NCBI GenBank assembly: GCA_015488555.1
Contig: WFNO01000066.1
Coordinates: 1,842 to 65,841 of the forward strand
Reading direction: 5' to 3'
Source of the DNA: Gammaproteobacteria bacterium
GTDB lineage: Bacteria > Pseudomonadota > Gammaproteobacteria > SZUA-140
Length of the DNA stretch: 64,000 nucleotides
The position numbers and the translations under genes are program-made. Shown piece by piece: positions 57,862-64,000 of the stretch (its first letter is position 1; each line of letters opens with the position of its first letter). A model generated the notes under the pieces. That model was not told the DNA's origin, made no database searches, and saw nothing but the letters and a program-made list of their open reading frames with translations.

Positions 57862-58730
57862 TCACAAAGTGCTCGTACAATTGTTGTTGGTTCCGAAGGG
57901 GCTAAACTCACCTGGGGGCGATACATCCACGTCGTCGATGTCGGCAGGAGCAATGCGCAACCAGAAACGCACCGTGTGCTGGGACTCGGTGCCCGCCACG
58001 CCGGTGGAAGCGGTGAGGCGCACATAGACCCACTGTGCATACTCGCGTGGATAGACCACTCCGAACTCGAAGGTGCCGCTGCCGTCCGTGGTCACCGTGG
58101 CCGGCACGCTGGCGATGTTGCCCGGTTCCAGGGTGTTGTTGTTGTCCTCACCCGGATCCAGGATCCCGTTCTCGTTGCCGTCCTCACTGTTACAGGTGGC
58201 CTGTACGTTCTGACTCCAGGTGGTGGCGCCTTGTAGTACTTCCCAATATCCCTTGCGGTACTGCTCGGGATTGACGGAGAGATTGACATTGGTGCTCACC
58301 GGATTACCGCTGGCATCGGTGACGATCACGGTATAGGGGATGCTGTATTGGGTGTCACCCACCAGGTTGAGGACATTGCCGGTACCCAGGCGCACGAACA
58401 GCTCGGACTTGGCCACGGTGAGACTGATGGTGGCCTCCACGGCCGGCGTGTCCTCCACCCAGGCCTTGATCTGCACGCCGTCCTTGGCGGTGGTGGCCGC
58501 CGAGGACACATAGGTGGTCTTGGCCTGTCCCAGCGAGTCGGTGATGGCGGTGGTCAGGGTACCGCCGCTGGAACCGAGCTGCGGGGAACTGATCAGGAGC
58601 TGGATGGCATCCACCTGCGAGGCGACACCGAGGGTGCGGCGCCATCTAAGAAACTCTCGTCGTCACCCAGACAACCCGCCAGCAGCATGACGACTCTCCA
58701 CAACACGAGGGCCTTGAACGATTTGATCAT
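57862..58730 (-). pseudogene. Lipoprotein gene interrupted by a frameshift. The signal peptide and lipobox sit in one frame and the 250-aa body in another.
   Basis: An ATG at about 58730 encodes MIKSFKALVLWRVVMLLAGC|LGDD... That frame stops after about 45 codons. The 57862..58614 ORF, which opens with GTG, continues in a different frame with a Ser/Thr/Gly-rich beta-type body. The total length is not a multiple of 3. Confidence 0.5.
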
Positions 58731-58981
58731 AGCGACGAACCCCAATCAGTCGATGCTTGGAACCGGAACCGGCGCTCGGCACCGGTCTGCCAAACCGTTA
58801 ACCCGGGACCTGCGATCCGGCGCGGGCGTCTCGTCTCCGCATCAAAGCCGCACCGGATCCATGCTCCGGGCGACGCCCTATCGCGTTGTCCGTGTCCGAA
58901 CCGTGTGTTCGCTCGTATCTAGATGTGATCTCGACTGGTGGTGCGCTTTGCTTTAACCGTCCGCGGCCACGGTAGGCGCGA

Positions 58982-61162
58982 TCAGCGCAATTCCAGCCCT
59001 TCCTTGAGGATCTTGGGTGTGACGAAGATCAACAGTTCCCGCTTGTCGTCCAGCTTGCTGGTGTTGCGGAACAGAGCGCCCAGAAAGGGCAGATCACCCA
59101 GCAGGGGTACTTTATTGACGTTGCGGGTGCGGGTCTGCTCGTAGATGCCGCCTAACACGACCGTCTCGCCATTGTCCACCAGCACCTGGGTCTTGACCTC
59201 GCGGGTGTCGATGCTGGGAATGCCCAGGAACTCCTTGCCCACGTTGTCCTTATTGACCTGCAGATCCATGATGATGCGGTCGTCCGGTGTGATCTGCGGC
59301 GTAACGCGCAGGCTGAGCACTGCCTTCTTGAACGCTACCGCCGTGGCGCCGCTGGAGGCCGCCTGCTGATAGGGGATCTCGGTACCCTGCTCGATCACCG
59401 CCTCGGACTGATTAGCGGTGATCACCCGGGGACTGGAGATGATCTCCCCTTCACCCTCCGCCTGCATGGCTGACAACTCCAGATCCACCAGGAAGTCCGA
59501 ACCCAATACGGCGAAGGCGATCTGACCGGCGGGACTGGTCACCGGCAGATTGACGTTGAGGCGATTGTCCAAGGCCGGCATGGTGATGGGCGGGGGCGCC
59601 GAACTCACCATGGTATCGGCTGCCGTGAGACTGCCGCTGGTGAAACCGGTAGTGTTGGAGGTGAACTCTTCCACCGTGGAAAAACCCGTTCGCACGCCCA
59701 GATCACGACTAAAATTGTCACTGGCCACCACAATACGCGATTCGATGAGCACCTGGCGCACGGGGATATCCAGCTTGCCCACCAGGCGGCGGATCTCCTC
59801 CAGCTTCTCAGCGGTATCACGCACCAGCAAGGCATTGGTGCGCTCGTCCACGGTCACGCTGCCCCGCTCGGAGAGCAGGGAGTTCTCCTCGGCCTTAAGC
59901 AAGATGGCGATATCCGCGGCCTTGGCATAGTTGACCTGGATCAGATCGGTGAACAGAGGCGCCAATTCCTTGGCCTTCTGCAGGGATTCCAGTTCTTGTT
60001 TCTCGCGCGCGGCGATTTCTTCGCTGGGTGCTACCAAGATCACGTTACCTGCCTTGCGCATGGCCAGCCCCTTGGTGCGCAGGATGATGTCCAGGGCCTG
60101 ATCCCAGGGCACGTTCTTCAGGCGCAGGGTCACGTTGCCCCGCACCGAATCACTGGTCACCAGATTCAGGCCGGTAAAATCGGCGATCAACTGCAACACC
60201 GCCCGCACCTCGATATCCTGGAAATTGAGTGACAGCCGCTCACCTGTGTATTCCGGCTCCTTGAGCCGGGCCAGGGCCTCCTTCTCTGGTGTCACCGGTT
60301 TCACTTCCAAAGTGAAACGCTCATCGGACTGATAGGCCAGGTGTTCGAACTTACCAGTGTTCTCTACGATCAGGCGCACGCCTCTCTCGTGCCTAAAACT
60401 GTCGATGAGTGTCACCGGAGTAGCGAAATCCACCACGTCCAGGCGCCGCTCGAGGGCTTTGGGCAGCGAGGCTCCCAGGAAATCAACGATGATGCGATTG
60501 GCCTTCTGTTCCACGTTCACCGGTATGGCGGGATCGCTCAGGGTGACGATCACCCGGCCCTCGCCGGCAGGCCCGCGAGAGAAATCGATGTTCTTAATAT
60601 TGGCACGCTGCGCCTCAGGCACCTGTGCAGACGCGGACTCCGCGAACACCGCACCGCCACCCTCCGCTGCCGGGGCACCAGCGAGAATGATATAGAAATC
60701 ATTGCCGGAGACCTGCGTCTCATAGGGCACCATGCGATCCAGATTGAGGACCACACGGGTACGGCCGCGGGCTTCGATGGCATGGATGCTGCGGGCCACG
60801 CCAACGCCCACCGAGAAGCGCTTGGGTACCTGGCTGTGGGTATTGGGAAAATCCAGAGCGATGCGCGCTGGGTTGTCGATAGTGAAACTGAGTGGCGGCT
60901 GAGGGGGCTCGCCAGAGAAACGCAGACGTATCTGTACGCGATTGCCAGGCAAGGCGGAAAATTCCATGTCCTTCAACACGTGGCGCGGTTCTTGTGCAGA
61001 CGCAACCCGGGCTACGGCCGTTGACCGCTGCGTGTCCTGGGCACCGGCAAGCGGCAACCAAGCGATGCAGGTCCATGCCAGCATCCAGCAAGCCCATTTG
61101 CACATGCAGGACGCCCGTCCCGCAGTGCAGCCGCCTCTTCCGTGTTTCGTCAAACCAGTCAT
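58982..61162 (-). CDS. pilQ: Type IV pilus secretin PilQ
   Basis: AMIN domains, N0/N1 domains and a C-terminal secretin domain. The start was chosen at the Met 24 nt after the pilP stop; the alternative is M at 61105. Confidence 0.9.
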   Translation of the reverse strand: MTGLTKHGRGGCTAGRASCMCKWACWMLAWTCIAWLPLAGAQDTQRSTAVARVASAQEPRHVLKDMEFSALPGNRVQIRLRFSGEPPQPPLSFTIDNPARIALDFPNTHSQVPKRFSVGVGVARSIHAIEARGRTRVVLNLDRMVPYETQVSGNDFYIILAGAPAAEGGGAVFAESASAQVPEAQRANIKNIDFSRGPAGEGRVIVTLSDPAIPVNVEQKANRIIVDFLGASLPKALERRLDVVDFATPVTLIDSFRHERGVRLIVENTGKFEHLAYQSDERFTLEVKPVTPEKEALARLKEPEYTGERLSLNFQDIEVRAVLQLIADFTGLNLVTSDSVRGNVTLRLKNVPWDQALDIILRTKGLAMRKAGNVILVAPSEEIAAREKQELESLQKAKELAPLFTDLIQVNYAKAADIAILLKAEENSLLSERGSVTVDERTNALLVRDTAEKLEEIRRLVGKLDIPVRQVLIESRIVVASDNFSRDLGVRTGFSTVEEFTSNTTGFTSGSLTAADTMVSSAPPPITMPALDNRLNVNLPVTSPAGQIAFAVLGSDFLVDLELSAMQAEGEGEIISSPRVITANQSEAVIEQGTEIPYQQAASSGATAVAFKKAVLSLRVTPQITPDDRIIMDLQVNKDNVGKEFLGIPSIDTREVKTQVLVDNGETVVLGGIYEQTRTRNVNKVPLLGDLPFLGALFRNTSKLDDKRELLIFVTPKILKEGLELR

Positions 61163-61185
61163 AGTCAACAACCCCCGTGTTGGGC

Positions 61186-61737
61186 TCATTCGTTTTCGCC
61201 GACGGACAGGGTGGCCTGGCGTTCCTGCCACCCGCCCAGACCATCGGGCACGATCTCCGTCAGGACCAGTTTGTTTTCGGTGACCTCGACGATTCTGCCA
61301 TAATTCTGGCCCAGATAATTGTCGGGGCGTACCCGATAGATGATGCCATCCGGTGCCTTCACCAGCCCCCATCGCTGGGACTTGAATTCCACCGAACCGA
61401 TCATGCGCAAGGTATCCAGTGGATAATTCTCCAAAACCTCGCGGCGTCGCTTGACGTCGGGCCGGACACCTGCCACCACCTTATTCACTTCATCGCTGGG
61501 TTTGACCTCGGACTTCCAGGTCTCGAAGGGATCCTTGAGATCACCGGCGCTGTAGACATAGGTCTCGGCCGGTTTGAACTCGGGCAGCGGCTCCACTTGG
61601 CCCTTCTTCGCCTTGGCCTCGGCCACGAACTGTTGCAGATCGCTCATCCCGCTGCTGCTACAACCAGCCAGCAAGGCCACCAGTGCCGGCACCGGCCAGA
61701 AGCGTATCCATCCGTTTTTTTGTCTCATCATGTTCAT
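61186..61737 (-). CDS. pilP: Type IV pilus assembly lipoprotein PilP
   Basis: Lipobox LLAGC. The start overlaps the pilO stop. Confidence 0.85.
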   Translation of the reverse strand: MNMMRQKNGWIRFWPVPALVALLAGCSSSGMSDLQQFVAEAKAKKGQVEPLPEFKPAETYVYSAGDLKDPFETWKSEVKPSDEVNKVVAGVRPDVKRRREVLENYPLDTLRMIGSVEFKSQRWGLVKAPDGIIYRVRPDNYLGQNYGRIVEVTENKLVLTEIVPDGLGGWQERQATLSVGENE

Positions 61738-62380
61738 CGGCCCTTCGCCTTCTTGTTCTTCTCCGCCTCACTCGCCTCCATGACCTTCGCCTCGTCTTCG
61801 TCCAGATAGCGATAGGTCTTGGCGGTCATTTCCATGACCAGTATGTCCCGCCCTTTTTTCTTGGGTGGAGCAATGGTGAAATCGTGCAAGGTAACGATAC
61901 GGGGCAAGGCAGCCACATCGCTGACGAAGCTGCCAAACTGATGATAACTGCCGGTCACCTGGATCTTGATGGGTAGCTCGGCATAGAAATCGGCGGGGCG
62001 CTCGCTCTCCGGCTTGAAGAGTTCAAACTCCAGGCCATTCTCAAGGCCAGTCTGAGAGATGTCCACCAGTAATTCGGCCACCTCGGTCTTGCTGGGCAAT
62101 TGCCGCAACATGGTCCCAAAGGAACGCTTCATCTCTTCCATCTGTGCCCGATAGGCAGGCAGATTGGCGGCTTGGTGAGCCTTGATGCTGAAGACTTTCT
62201 TCAGTTCCTCTTCTTTCTTGCGCGCCGCCTCCAGCGCCGCCAATTGGCTACGGGTATCGAACCACAACCCCCCACCCAATACCAACAGGCTCAAGACAAC
62301 GATGACAGTGATCTTGAGCCAGGCGGGCCAGCGCGCCACATCGTTGGGATCGATCTTGCGCAGCTCCTCGAGATCGATCT

Positions 62381-62384
<4 letters not shown>
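61734..62384 (-). CDS. pilO: Type IV pilus assembly protein PilO
   Basis: 216 aa with a single TM helix and a PilO fold. Confidence 0.85.

Positions 62385-64000
<1,616 letters not shown>

Overview
This is a high-GC (~65%) chromosomal segment, probably from a gammaproteobacterium, and it is gene-dense. Coordinates of sequence motifs were hand-counted and may be off by 1-2 nt; gene coordinates come from the ORF track plus arithmetic on internal start codons.

Gene content, left to right:
1. A housekeeping block (accB-accC, aroQ, tlpA-like/dsbD/cutA, fxsA).
2. A minus-strand metal-homeostasis gene string from about 18.3 kb down to 7.2 kb: secreted beta-rich protein - DUF4198-like periplasmic protein - FMN-binding-domain periplasmic protein - small CzcI-like protein - czcCBA - P-II-like protein - P1B-type ATPase. 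Divergent from it are a 90-aa protein that is about one-third histidine, a Met/His-rich small membrane protein and a membrane-anchored CxxCH monoheme cytochrome.
3. A signalling cluster: multi-PAS/GAF histidine kinase, single-domain receiver, methyl-accepting chemotaxis protein.
4. A nitrate/nitrite assimilation locus: nirBD divergent from a narK-type transporter, followed by a PP2C-phosphatase/Ser-Thr-kinase fusion gene. Both divergent promoters look sigma54-type.
5. Polyamine genes speA/speE, a DUF4124 gene, the fetAB iron exporter, a CDGSH protein, glnK-amtB, ubiK and yifB.
6. An ~840-bp region at 43.0-43.9 kb with only frameshifted small-gene remnants, followed by a hypothetical gene.
7. 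A Pseudomonas-like conserved block hemE-gltD-gltB / SPOR-AAA (DamX-like) / aroB-aroK / pilQPONM. Relative to that layout it carries three extras: a dGTPase-like gene, an 83-aa WGR-domain ORF, and a frameshifted lipoprotein gene between aroK and pilQ.

I found no rRNA, tRNA, CRISPR array, transposase or integrase. The most unusual material is the accessory gene set around czcCBA, with its AT-rich double-palindrome operator, His-rich protein and Met-rich small proteins. Next are the kinase/phosphatase fusion in the nitrate-assimilation locus and the decayed and frameshifted small genes.
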